DNA of 64,000 nucleotides from Octopus sinensis (GCF_006345805.1 NC_042998.1:21328001-21392000), one strand, 5' to 3'. Numbered from the stretch's first letter, positions 12,659 to 24,570 are shown. The notes: generated by a model not told the origin, from the sequence alone. A program made the numbers and translations.

Positions 12659-13107
12659 ATGACTCAAAAACCGAAGAACCGAAAGATGAACCACCAGGGT
12701 ACTGTGAAAACTCTGGAAATGACACTGCTTTCGATAATCATTTGGCACTTGAACATCCTGAACAACCTGAATATCCACCACCACCGGCATATACACCACG
12801 ACCTGAACATCCACAACCTGGATATTTACCACAATCCGGATATCCACTACAAACTGGATATCCACCACAATTCGGATATCCACTACAAATCGGATATCCA
12901 CCACAAATTGGATATCCACCACAACCTGGATATCTAGCACAACCTAGATATCCCCCACAACCCGGGCATCCCCCACAACCCGGATACCTGTTACAGCCAC
13001 CACTACCTCTGCAGCAACGACTACAACAACCACAACAACCAAGAGCATCAGCACCACCACCACCACCACCACCACAACAACAACAACAACAACAACAGTC
13101 TGTTATT
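12659..13107 (+). CDS. Gene A exon 2: Pro/Gln-rich N-terminus with 10 GYPPQx hexapeptide units, poly-P/poly-Q and PPxY motifs (CD225/dispanin family protein)
   Basis: ttttacAG acceptor (phase 1), open frame DSKTEEPKDEPPGY...QQSVI, GTAAGC donor at 13108; exon and both flanking introns align with gene B exon 2. Confidence 0.85.
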
Positions 13108-13462
13108 GTAAGCAAATATTTTTTCGTTTCATTTTACGTCTTCACTATTCTTCAAGCATTTATCCTGAACAGAGATCTTATCTGTAGCAAGTTTTAGTCA
13201 TCAAAAGGTGAATATTCTAGGAAATCATCTTTAAGCGATTTTAGCCAGTCATATCATTATATGGAGCAGAATAAATGATTTAGTTTGGACTTTATTTTAT
13301 CAATCTTTTTTCATTGAATAACCGACAGGTTGTACTAAACTACAATGGTAACAGTAGCAATCGGAGTACCTGGCATAGAAGATATATATACGAATATATA
13401 CGTGTGTGCGTGCACGGATGTATGCTTGTGTATGTGTGTGTGTTTGTATGTATGTATGAATG

Positions 13463-15625
13463 CGTGACAGCACATTCTACACTGGCAAGTCAGTGCTTTT
13501 ATCGATGTGACATTTGGAGTAGTTTGTTCTGAGAGCTTGTTCTTGAGAGCTGCACACCGATGCCTGAGTGGGCCCTTTTAAGTCTACTTTCTGCAGTCAT
13601 TGCCAAATTCTATTCCAATCAGTCGCATCTTTAGTTTTCAAGAGCTGACTGCATTTGTTGTCCTGCCAAATTTTCCTCCTCTGCGCACTCAGATCTTTCT
13701 TAAATTGTGTTGGATCTACGGCTTCGTTCAATTTCAAAGTTCACTGCATTTTCACTGCTTCAATCATTTCTTTTTTACACTCCTTGATATACCAAGCTAG
13801 GCTATTTTCCTCTTCCTTTACACAACCTTCACAACACACTAATCCCCGTCCTCCTTCCTCTTTACATACAATATTTACACAACACTCTTGAGGTATATTC
13901 CCTTGTTCATTAATTTACGTGTTCTCCTGTCCATCTCTTGTAATTCATGCTTCTTCCACGATACAATTTCTGCCCCATATCACATCAAAATAACAGCCTG
14001 CTCTAATCTTATAGCGGCTATTTAGCAACGATTGGAGCACAAGCCGAGTTCTTTTCAAATACTCTTTCTTTAATCTTGTGGTCTTTCATCTTATCTCTTT
14101 CAATGATAACCATGTACTTATATTCTTCCTCTCCGACTTATTTTATAGTTTCACTACTTACCGTCTTGATCCCCTGTCTTTTACTGATTTTTGAGAATCA
14201 TTACACCTCGATCCCAAATTCCAAGCCATATATCTTTGCTAATCATCTGCACAGTTGCCGTCAAACTCTCAATTTAGGTCATTCATAAACCACAGATTAT
14301 TTACTTTTACCCTACCTAGCATGTACCCCCCACACAACACTCTTAAAACACTCGTTAGTGGAGAGGCGAAAGACTGCACCCTTGAAAAATTCCTCTTTTA
14401 ATGTTTAACTCTCTCAGCATATCTCTCCATGCTGTGAGTTCAGTACGCCATGTTGTCATTGAGTTTGGTATTAACTTCAGGATACTGTTTGATATAATGC
14501 CTGTTATCAGTTATTTCATCAGTGGCAAACAAGATATTGGTCGGAAATTTCCAACCGCATTCCCTTTACTTGGGTCCTTCTGGCATAGTACCTATTTCTT
14601 TATTGCCCACAAGGGGCTAAACACAGAGGGGACAAACAAGGACAGACAAAGGGATTAAGTCGATTACATCGACCCCAGTGCGTAACTGGTACTTAATTTA
14701 TCGACCCCGAAAGGATAAAAGGCAAAGTCGACCTTGGCGGAATTTGAACTCAGAACGTAGCGGCAGACGAAATACGGCTACGCATTTCGCCCGGCGTGCT
14801 AACGTTTCTGCCAGCTCGCCGCCTTCTGGCATAGTGTCGTTCTTCCTTTTGTCTGTTTAATCTTTACTTCTCAATTCTCTGTTTATATCACTTTAGTTTA
14901 TGTGCTTTAAATTTCAACCTCTGTTTTAATTCCTCAATCGCAACATTGATTCCCTTCCTATTCATCCTATACTTCCTCTCTAGCTCAACATATTTCTCTT
15001 ACTTAACTTGTTTTCTCTTTTTCCGTTTCAGAATATTAATATTCTTTCTGGTCTCGTTAATAGACTGCGTTATTCTCCTTTTCTACCATGGTTCCTTCAG
15101 GTTATGCTGATATTTACCTTTGGCTTTCAAACCTAACTTCCGGGCTATAAAGATCGAGATTGCATTTATCAGTTTGTTGGTGTCTATAATGTCAGTCCTG
15201 ATATCATCACTGATACCATTTATCTTCCTCACCCATTTATTGAGTTTCTTTCTGTTTACTTTTTAAACGCCAGATAAAAGCTCTGTTCACCAGACGTCCA
15301 AATATCAAAGATTTCATTTAAAATGGATAACTGTTCCTCGGTTCCGTTATCGCTTTCCTGTTCAATAATCTCAGCTTCATGCTCGTTTTCTTCACTTAAC
15401 TCTACGGCCATAATTTCACTATCTGCATTCTCTTCCTCATCCTTCTGTTCACTGCTGGTCTTACTATCCCTAAGCACCTGTTGCTTAATGCTTTCTAGTT
15501 CAACTGGAGATAACCATTCATTCTTTCTGATAGCTCTAGCTGGGTCACACAGATGTTGTTCACTTAATTCAAATATGTCTCTGTCAATCCATACCCTGTG
15601 TATTCCTTTGCTATATCCTGTAGGG
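13463..15625 (-). mobile_element. R4/Dong LINE, internally deleted (paralogous to 52640-55000 and 46082-46945)
   Basis: GYSKGIHRVWIDRDIFELSEQHLCDPARAIRKNEWLS N-terminal domain; RT remnants; AAQEQALRTN...CRMC. Confidence 0.85.
14590..14821 (-). mobile_element. SINE family A, full length, 14-bp TSD
   Basis: TSD ccttctggcatagt at 14576-14589 and 14822-14835; empty site visible in the paralogous LINE near 53676. Confidence 0.9.
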
Positions 15626-15999
15626 GGCAAGGCGGCGAGCTGGCAGAAACGTTAGCATTTCTAGCATGCCCAACATTACCCGGTAACCTTCTTTTCAGAG
15701 CTTCTATCTCCAATTCTGGTAAATAGGATTTGGGCTTGACTGTCACAGGACAGGACTTGCGCAAGCTATTGGGTCATTTTATATCAACTACCTTCACCAC
15801 CTAGGCATTTGAAGACAAATAGAAAAGATAAATAAATAAAAATAATACTAATAAACATTTTAATTTTTTTTTAAATAAAGCAATAAAATAAAAAAGAATT
15901 CTTAATTAAAAAAATAAAAAATAATGAAAAATAAAAAATAATAATAATAATAATACAAAAAATAAATAAAGATTAAAAAAATTAAAATCGTGATAATAA

Positions 16000-16990
16000 T
16001 TATTATTATTTATTGTCATTGCACAACTTCTAACGCTGGACATGTACTACGGTACCAGTTGTTCACTACCAGTAATACCCCTACTTTTTCAAGCAAATTC
16101 ATCGAAAACAGATACATCCACTCACAGAGATTCGATCACTTTTCTTTTGCTACTTACCACTTAGGAGATCTATTGACATGGTTGGTCCTTTTCTGTGACG
16201 TTCTGATATCTAATTGAGCAGTTACAACTTTAGCAGTGGAATAGATAAGGTTATTTAAGGTTGTTAGGTCATTTTCCTAATTTTTTAAGATCTGTCTAAG
16301 CCCAATGTGATGTATCATGATTATTTTCTATGCTGCTTGAGAGTTTTGGTATCGGTTTTCTATTGATCATATCAGTAAACTAAGGCATGCTGCGTTCTTT
16401 CATAATAGCATATTTTACTTCTATGATTTCTTTATTATTCACTTCAAATTCTATCATTTCTATTTTGGTGTTATTGTGGTAGGCCCCGACATGCATCACT
16501 TAATTTATTTGCTTCTATATGTCAGCATACTTCGTTGCCTACTAAATTTCCCCGTGAAGTGAATGTTTTTACAATGAGGTTATTGTTTGGGTTTAGTTGG
16601 GCTGTATAGAAAGCATTCAACACATCTCTATAATCACCTCCAGTCTATTTTATGCACTTTGCTTTAGATGATGCTTTTGGTGGTGTCACTACAGGTCTAG
16701 GATTAGGGTCATCTTGGTTCAGGTTGCCTGGTACTTCGTTTGTTTTTTTTTTGAGAGTTTGTTCCAGCAGCAGACTTTTCGATATCAGTCTGGTTCCACA
16801 TTGAGTATCGCGGTGCTTGATGTCCCAGGCGATGATCGATCCGGCATGAGTTTTGGCTTGTCATTAAAGCATTGACAATAGGAGACGGGTCTGTATGTTC
16901 TGGGTTGACTTTTTGACATGACACCGTTTCCTTGTACTTCCAATGCTGGAACAAATTCTCAAAAAAAAGAAAAGAAACGAACTACCACGC
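16000..16990 (-). mobile_element. R4/Dong LINE 5' fragment (second subfamily), degenerate
   Basis: DYRDVLNAFYTAQLNPNNN and DLTTLNNLIYSTAKVV match the N-terminal region of the element at 37975-42170. Confidence 0.65.
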
Positions 16991-17137
16991 AACCTAAACC
17001 AAGATGACCCTAATCCTAGACATGTAGTGACACCACCAAAAGCATCTAATAGAGCAGTACAACTTTATCAGTGGAATATATATTCGTCGTAGATCGAAAA
17101 TCACCTCTATTTTTCTTGGTACCTGTTTCCGGGCATA

Positions 17138-17354
17138 ACTCTTTTACTCTCTTTACTTTTTTACTTGTTTCAGTCATTTGACTGCGGCCATGCTGGAGCA
17201 CCGCCTTTAGTCGAGCAAATCGACCCCGGGACTTATTCTGTGTAAGCCCAGTACTTATTCTATCAGTCTCTTTTGCCGAACCGCTAAGTGACGGGGACGT
17301 AAACACACCAGCATCGGTTGTCAAGCAATGCTAGGGGGACAAAGACAGACACAG

Positions 17355-17403
<49 letters not shown>

Positions 17404-17568
17404 TACGACAGGCTTCTTTCAGTTTCCGTCTACCAAATCCACTCACAGGGCATTGGTTGGCCCGGGGCTATAGCAGAAGACACTTGCCAAAGATGCCACG
17501 CAGTGGGACTGAACCCGGAACCATGTGGCTGGTTAGCAAGCTACTTACCACACAGCCACTCCTGCGCC
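17138..17568 (-). mobile_element. SINE family B
   Basis: Reverse complement of 11694-12122. Confidence 0.9.
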
Positions 17569-18067
17569 ATAACTGCTTAGAGATCTTTTAAACTGAGTGA
17601 CTAATTTGAACCTTTGCATATTCGTTTGTGGGGAATCGCTTTCTTTTTGTTTGGTATGCCATCCTCCTGATACATGTTTTTCTTTTATTTTCTGTATGTT
17701 TTGTGTTGGCATTATTTATGTTGCTTGTAAATACTAGGATGAATGGAGAGTTGCATGTACTTACTGCGTAATTAGTGTATTTTTACCAGGGTTCTTGGTG
17801 TTGGTTTCGTCGTCTTGCGTGTCTCGTTGAGATATCACGCATTTAAGAAAGAAAACTATACAGTGCGTAACAAAACTCTTTCCGATTGTTTTCATTCCTC
17901 TGCTTTCCCATAGTTGTATCTCGAAGTTTTCCTTCCATTGCACCAACATTACTGGATTAAGTTTGTTTTGTGGAGAGATCTTCTTAGAGTACGTCCATGT
18001 TGCGCTCATCATCGCCATATGCATCACTGGATAATTATGTTAATTTTTTGATTTCTTCTCTTTTCAG

Positions 18068-18151
18068 ACACAAAACCAAGAACTAGAATACTTTACATTT
18101 AAGTTGACCGCAGCAATTCTTGTCACCATTTTCTGTTGTAAACATCTCTAA
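18068..18151 (+). pseudogene. Truncated relic of original exon 3 of gene A (pseudo-exon / alternative acceptor)
   Basis: ttttcAG then TQNQELEYFTFKLTAAILVTIFCCKHL*; KLTAAILVTIFC is identical to gene B exon 3, and the upstream intron matches gene B's acceptor region. Confidence 0.8.
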
Positions 18152-18188
18152 ACAATTATACTATTTTTTTTACTTCTTCCATTTTCAG

Positions 18189-18299
18189 ATACAATACGAG
18201 CAACCACGATACTTTGTATGGAGTATGGTTAAAGCAGTTCTCGTCACCTTTTTCTGCTTTGCTCCAACAGGCATTGCAGCTATTTTTTATGCATCTAAA
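18189..18299 (+). CDS. Gene A exon 3: first half of CD225 domain
   Basis: ttttcAG...GTAAGT, 111 nt, phase 0/0: IQYEQPRYFVWSMVKAVLVTFFCFAPTGIAAIFYASK (P-x-Y-x-x-W-S...FC...P.G..AI CD225 pattern). Confidence 0.88.
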
Positions 18300-18361
18300 G
18301 TAAGTAAAATAGGAACATTTTTTGCAAGAAATTCTAAGTATTTTCATACATTTTATCCAGT

Positions 18362-18520
18362 TGCGGCTGTATGATAAAAAGCTTGCTTCTCAACCGCATG
18401 GCTCCAGTTTCAGTTCTACCACATCTGGGTCAAGTATTTTGTACAATAGCCTCGTGTTGATCAAAGATTTGGAGTGAATTAAGTAGATGGAACCTGAAGG
18501 AGCTCAGTCATACACACACA
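18362..18520 (+). mobile_element. Old SINE B head fragment shared with gene B (56980-57130)
   Basis: Same position ~60 nt after exon 3 in both paralogs. Confidence 0.7.
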
Positions 18521-18557
18521 TACGTACACATAAATACACATGAATATATGTGAGTAT

Positions 18558-18760
18558 TATTTCTTTATTTACCACAAGGGGCTAAACATAGAGGGGACAA
18601 ACAAGGTCAGACAAAGGAATTAAGCCGATTACATCGACCTCAGTGCGTAACTGGTATTTATCTAATCGACCCCGAAATGATGAAAGGCAAAGTCGACCTC
18701 GGCGGAATTTGAACTCAGAACGTAACGGCAGACGAAATACCGCTAAGCATTTCGCCCGTG
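18558..18760 (-). mobile_element. SINE family A
   Basis: Family A core. Confidence 0.85.
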
Positions 18761-18959
18761 TGTACGTGTGAGCATGTGAATGTGTGTGTTTGTGAGTGTG
18801 TGGAAGAGAAAGAGAGTATTTTTGTTTGTGTTGGTCAACTATCACCATTGATAACCGATGTGGGTGTGTTTACGTCCGCGTAACCTAGCGGTTCGGCGAA
18901 AGAGATAATAGAATACGATAAGTACCAACCTTAAAAATAAAATATCTACAGCCTTCAAG

Positions 18960-19330
18960 CCACTTGACAGCAGGGAGGTTGAAATCTAGAAAAAGTATTA
19001 TATGTCTGTCATATATTAATAGTTCTTCCATCTTTTCCAGGCTCTCTTCGAATGTGTACCTATGATTTGGCGCTTGTGGTGGGCGATATGTAGTAACTAT
19101 TACCGTTGTTATCTGTTTAATGTGTACCATCAGTGTGTCACAAATTGAGTTTGAGCGTCACAGGCTTGACACTTGCTGGATGTACATCTTGACATCTTGA
19201 CTGGACAGACATTTTCCCGGATGTACATCGCAATTCTATCAGGGGTTCTTTCACACGTTTCAGTGTGCCTCAGCAACTGTTACATCAGCCGTCAACTGTA
19301 TTTCCGTTTAGTCATGCATGCAGCTTAATT
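18960..19330 (-). mobile_element. CR1-like LINE APE endonuclease fragment
   Basis: IAMYIREN ... VTTYRPP ... IILFLDFNLPAVKW. Confidence 0.6.
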
Positions 19331-19935
19331 AAATGTAACTAATTCTCTCAGTTATGGGTTTTGTTGCTGGTGGGAGGTTGCCAAGTTCCTGTCATTCAAT
19401 AGCAACACTTACGTAACGTATGTGATATCAATAACGGCCACTTGTTCGATATTTGTGTTGGCGTCAGAACTGGCCAGCCAGTGTCTTTAACTATTTTTGA
19501 CGATCTAGTGTGCTGGTATGAGTATTTTATGCAGTGTTTAGTGTAATCAGATCAGCTGACGTACAATCACCTACACCATACACCCAAAAAGACAGTTGTT
19601 TAGCTGCTCCTATCTGAGTTATGACTACAGCTTGTTTTTCAGTGGAGCAGTGCATTCAACGGTCGACTATTTCCAAAGCGGTGGCAGTATGTGTTGCGAC
19701 CTGGTCTAGTGCTCTGAGTGATACTGATGGAAGTGTTTGTCCCTCAGAATGATTAAGTTGAGGCAAACAGTCAAGTCCTGCTATTAATATAAGACATACA
19801 CTTATTGCATTGACAAATTTTAACAACAACAGTTAGATATTTTTGAGCCAAGTTCAACATCAAATCATATGCAGGAGAACTGATCTATGATGTTTTAGGC
19901 ATTTTGATTACATTATCCAGTGTGATACTATATAA

Positions 19936-21078
19936 TACCTATTTCTTTACTACCCACAAGGGGATAAACACAGACAGGACGAGCAAGGACAAACGGATTA
20001 AGTTGATTATATCGACACCAGTGCGTAACTGGTACTTATTTAACCGACCCCGAAAGGATGAAAGGCAAAGTAGACCTCGGCGAAATTTGAACTGAGAACG
20101 TAGCGGCAGATGAAATACCTATTTCTTTACTACCCACTTGGGGCTAAACACAGAGGGGACGAACAAGGACAGACAGACAGATTAAGTCGATTACATCGAC
20201 CCCAGTGCGTAACTGATACTTATTTAACCGACCCCGAAAGGATGAAAGGCAAAGTGGACCTCGGTGGAGTTTGAACTCAGAACGTAGCGGTAGACGAAAT
20301 ACCTATTTCTTTACTACCCACTTGGGGCTAAACACAGAGGGGACGAACAAGGACAGACAGACAGATTAAGTCGATTATATCGACCCCAGTGCGTAACTGA
20401 TACTTATTTAACCGACCCCGAAAGGATGAAAGGCAAAGTCAACCAGCGGAATTTGAACTCAGAACGTAGCGGCAGACGAAATACCTACTTCTTTACTACC
20501 CACTTGGGGCTAAAAACAGAGAGAACGAGCAAGGATAAACGGTTTAAGTTGATTATATCGACACCAGTGCGTAACTGGTACTTATTTAACCGACCCCGAA
20601 AGGATGAAAGGCAAAGTCGACCTCGGCGGAATTTGAACTCTGAACGTAGCGGCAGACGAAATACCTATTTCTTTACTACCCACTTGGGGCTAAACACAGA
20701 GGGGACGAACAAGGACAGACAGACAGATTAAGTCGATTACATCGACCCCAGTGCGTAACTGGTACTTATTTAACAGACCCCGAAAGGATGAAAGGCAAAG
20801 TGGACCTCGGTGGAGTTTGAACTCAGAACGTAGCGGTAGACGAAATACCTATTTCTTTACTACCCACTTGGGGTTAAACAGAGGGGACGAACAAGGACAG
20901 ACAGACAGATTAAGTCGATTATATCGACCCCAGTGCGTAACTGGTACTTATTTAACCGACTCCGAAAGGATGAAAGGCAAAGTCAACCTCGGCAGAATTT
21001 GAACTCAGAACGTAGCGGCAGACGAAATGCCGGGAAGCATTTCGCCCGGCGTGCTAACGTTTCTGCCAGCTCGCCGCT
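19936..21078 (-). repeat. Tandem array of 6 SINE-A units (~182 bp), one full head; trimer higher-order structure
   Basis: Units start at ~19936, 20115, 20298, 20480, 20660, 20843; identical junction gaaatag|gtatttcgtc on the minus strand. Confidence 0.92.
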
Positions 21079-21689
21079 TTATATTATCCAATACCAATTT
21101 TAAAGAGAGCATTTTGTGATTTGAGGAATTTGGCTGCTCCTTCAAACAGGTTGAGTTGTATCCTAGTGGCTGTGGCATAGGCTGTTTGAGGTTCCCTCAT
21201 GGAGTCGATATGCATTTAGTTGATGGAGATTGCAGAGGAGAAGCAAAATTAAAGGTCCTAAACAAGATCAAACGAACATTATGATTGTAATAGTGAAAAT
21301 GTTGCTTATACAAAATGTTACCTGTAACACTTGTTTGTTCCATTATGTCTAACAATAACGTTTCAAGTATTTTAACCACAACAGTGTTGTTCCTCTGCCG
21401 ACATACCGTGTCATTATAAATCAGGTTTCTATTAATCCAATGTACATATAATAACTCTAACACTTATATAGCATTTGACTAAAAAACAGCATGGCATTTA
21501 ACAGTTTTGATTAAATTTCTTTGTGTTGTAAGAATAATGGTTATGAAACTGATAAATAATATCGGTTCACCATCACCACAACCAAACCAACTCTACAAAA
21601 ATATTGGTGAAATTTGTGGTCCCCTCCATTCACTCTTTTATTAAGAAGAAATTATATTGTTCATTCATATAATTCCTTTTTATTGCTGT

Positions 21690-21855
21690 TGTTTGTGCGG
21701 TGAGCTGGCAGAATCGATACCACGCTGGGGGAAATATTTAGCGGTATTTTGTCCGTCTTTACGCTCTAAGTCCAAATTCCTCCAGGTCGACTTTGGCTTT
21801 CATCCTTTAGGGATAGATAAAATAAATACTTTTTGAGTACTGGAGTTGATGTAAT
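21690..21855 (+). mobile_element. Old SINE A-like copy shared with gene B (59935-60110)
   Basis: gagctggcagaatcgat...aaatatttagcggtatttt occurs in both paralogs at the equivalent intron position. Confidence 0.7.
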
Positions 21856-21857
21856 TC

Positions 21858-22115
21858 CGAAAATCTCTACCTGCGACGATTTCATCTCAAACGAAGGAGA
21901 GGAGCTTTCTCCGTCCGGGTTGCGGATCCGTGGAACAAGCTGCCAGACGAGATGGTAAAGATGCCGACGACCGCTTTGTTCAAAGTCTCCCTTGACCTCA
22001 AGTGGCCTGAACTCTTTACATGAACACCACCCTGTACTTAACTCCATGTCCCCCTACATAGCCTTGCTATTTGCTTTTGAGTCAAATTAATTAACTAACT
22101 AACTAACTAACTAAT
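21858..22115 (+). mobile_element. CR1-like LINE 3' end with (AACT)n tail
   Basis: RRGAFSVRVADPWNKLPDEMVKMPTTALFKVSLDLKW*. Confidence 0.75.
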
Positions 22116-22238
22116 TCATTTACTCACACTCCAAAAATTCTGGCCTTGTACTAAAGTTAGAAACCAATATATTTGCTGTTGTTGAGTTTTATTAGCGTTC
22201 TTTATATATAAACTAATTCTTTTCTTTCTATCTTCTAG

Positions 22239-22388
22239 GCAAACGTAATGGCTGATATTTGGAATATAGAAGCTGCAAAGGAAGCAAACGCAGCTGCACG
22301 TCTATTAATCAAAGTATCGTTTGTTGTTGGTATTCTCGTCATGAGTTTTGGACTCATCCTACCTTTAATAAATGCCGTCACGAAATAA
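22239..22388 (+). CDS. Gene A exon 4 (terminal): second half of CD225 domain + TM helix
   Basis: tcttctAG acceptor; ANVMADIWNIEAAKEANAAARLLIKVSFVVGILVMSFGLILPLINAVTK*. Confidence 0.88.
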   Translation, partial: ANVMADIWNIEAAKEANAAARLLIKVSFVVGILVMSFGLILPLINAVTK

Positions 22389-22717
22389 CTTTCACATAAC
22401 GTTATAAACTTTAGGAGATTCATATTGAATGAAAGGTCTTCTTTTTTATTAGAGGTATTTCTCAACATAACTTCATTGATTGTTAACATGAAATACTCTC
22501 AGCCAAAAATGTTTAAATATATTGAGAACTTCAGTCAATAAATGGTATATTTCATACTAAGTGATACAATTTTAAATAATGAATAATGATATATACAGTT
22601 CGATAAACTCTATGGCTTCAGTTTGATAGCTACAACCCATAAAGTAGTAAAACTACGAGAGTATAAAGACTCTTGTACCATCCCTCCTGTTTCCCACGAA
22701 AGCAATGGGTGATGTTA

Positions 22718-22934
22718 CTCTTTACTCTTTACTCTTTACTCTTTACTCTTTGCTTCTGTCATTTTGACTGCGGCCATGCTGGAGCACTGCCTTTAGTCGA
22801 GCAACTCGACCCCGGCACTTACTCTTTTGTAAGCCCAGTACTTATTCTATCTGTCTGTTTTGCCGAACCGCTAAGTGACGGGGACATAAACACACCAGCA
22901 TCGGTTGTCAAGCAATCCTAGGGGAACAAACACA

Positions 22935-23006
<72 letters not shown>

Positions 23007-23166
23007 TACGACGGGCTTCTTTCAGTTTCTGTCTACCAAATCCACTCACAAGGCTTTGGTCGGCCCGAGGCTATAGTAGAAGACACTTGCCCAAGGTGCC
23101 ACACAGTGGGACTGAACCCGGAACCATGTGGTTGGTAAACAAGCTACTTACCACATAGCCACTCCT
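22718..23166 (-). mobile_element. SINE family B (3' of gene A stop codon)
   Basis: Family B sequence; (ctctttta)n tail. Confidence 0.9.
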
Positions 23167-23369
23167 GTTGTTGCATTTTGCTATTACTTGAATGTTCCTT
23201 ATCATTATCTCTGGAACTACCAAACATTAAAATCATTTTATAAACATTTTTAAACTCTTTCCTAGTTTTGAAGATGTTACCTTAAAGCCAATTATTTATT
23301 TCAGCTGTTAAAATCTACATGAGAGTTTAAAATAAAATAATAATGAAATTATTGTACACGGTGCTCAGG

Positions 23370-23860
23370 TGCACCACAACTTGTCAAAAGTGCGTATAAA
23401 GTATATGCGGTAATGTACAAATATCTGAAAAGTGAACAGCGTATGGTTCAGATACATGCTTACGTGTGTATGGAGGGAAGAAAATCAGGTGTAGTGTTGG
23501 TGAATCTCAGGAAGCATGGACGTTTTGAAGGATGCAGTGCTCCGACAACTAACAACTGATGCCGGCAGTTTGTTCCATGCTTCAACAACTCTTAGCGTGA
23601 AAAAATGTTTCCGAAAGTCATGGGAGCTGTGCTGTTTTCTGACTTTCTAAACATGTCCACGGGTGTTAGACAGATGGAGTTTGAAAAGGTGCTCAGAGTT
23701 AATGTTTGTAAGATGGTTAATAATTTAAAGGGTGTCTGCCAAGTCAGCTGCCAGACGTCGGAGTTTCAATGTATCCATGCCCAGGGAAGTAAGGCGTTCA
23801 GAATATGGCAAATGCCTGATGGAGGGTATTCTCTTGGTTGCACGTCGCTGAACGGCTTAA
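23370..23860 (-). mobile_element. CR1-like LINE 3' end
   Basis: RRATKRIPSIRHLPYSERLTSLGMDTLKLRRL...TRGH...RKHFFTLRVVEAWNKLP. Confidence 0.8.
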
Positions 23861-24087
23861 CATTATATAAGTATTGAACTCAGTTTAACATAAATTAGAA
23901 ACTAGATACACACAAAAAAATATAAATAAACTGTAACATACATACATTGACAAATCTCGCTATACACGCCTAAAGAGTATTTTAGATAATGGCAGACAGA
24001 AATGGCTAAAGGTGAAAACTACATTTGTATATTAACCACAAATGTAGATAAATATTTCTGGTAGCTTTCGTTCATAGATATTTGAGT

Positions 24088-24250
24088 TAATGTTGGCTTA
24101 ATGGGTTAATGTTGGTTTAATGGGTTAATGTTGGTTTAATGGGTTAATGCTGGTTTAATGGGTTAATGTTGGTTTAATGGGTTAATGTTGGTTTAATGGG
24201 TTAACGCTAGTTTAATGGGTTAATGCTGGTTTAATGGGTTAATGCTGGTT
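24088..24250. repeat. 19-bp minisatellite (aatgggttaatgttggttt) x ~8
   Basis: Direct reading; period 19. Confidence 0.9.
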
Positions 24251-24570
24251 TCTTCTGTCATGTTATACAATGGGAAGTGGAGTTCACAACAAACATACAA
24301 ATTGCATTTTCAGACAAGGGAGTAGATCTCCAAAGCAGCGGAGCCGTAAGGACAGCAACGAAAGATGGGGTACATACCCCGTATAAAACGGACAAACAGC
24401 TGACAGCGGGAAGCAACTGGACTTCAACCCGTACCTAAGCTAAGCTAAGCGGTATCCACGATAACAATCACGTGAAATTTAAAGCTAAATTACAGACATT
24501 CGAATGTGATAACATTTTATAAACAAACGCCAGATGTGGTTGGTAATTTGGAGAACAGAAATTAATGAAA

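Noticed and set aside
12738-13115. Cys/Gly-rich minus-strand ORF (CGGYP repeats, keratin-associated-like) and His-rich ORFs 12602-12937 and 35941-36243
   Set aside because: Shadow frames of the GYPPQ exon; only the Pro-rich frame fits the splice phases and joins to the CD225 exons
18138-18188. Short intron joining the relic half-exon to exon 3 via GTAAAC donor
   Set aside because: Only 51 nt and would shift the reading frame (phase 1 donor to phase 0 acceptor)
19936-21078. CRISPR-like regular array
   Set aside because: Units are whole SINE bodies with no unique spacers; eukaryotic context, no cas genes
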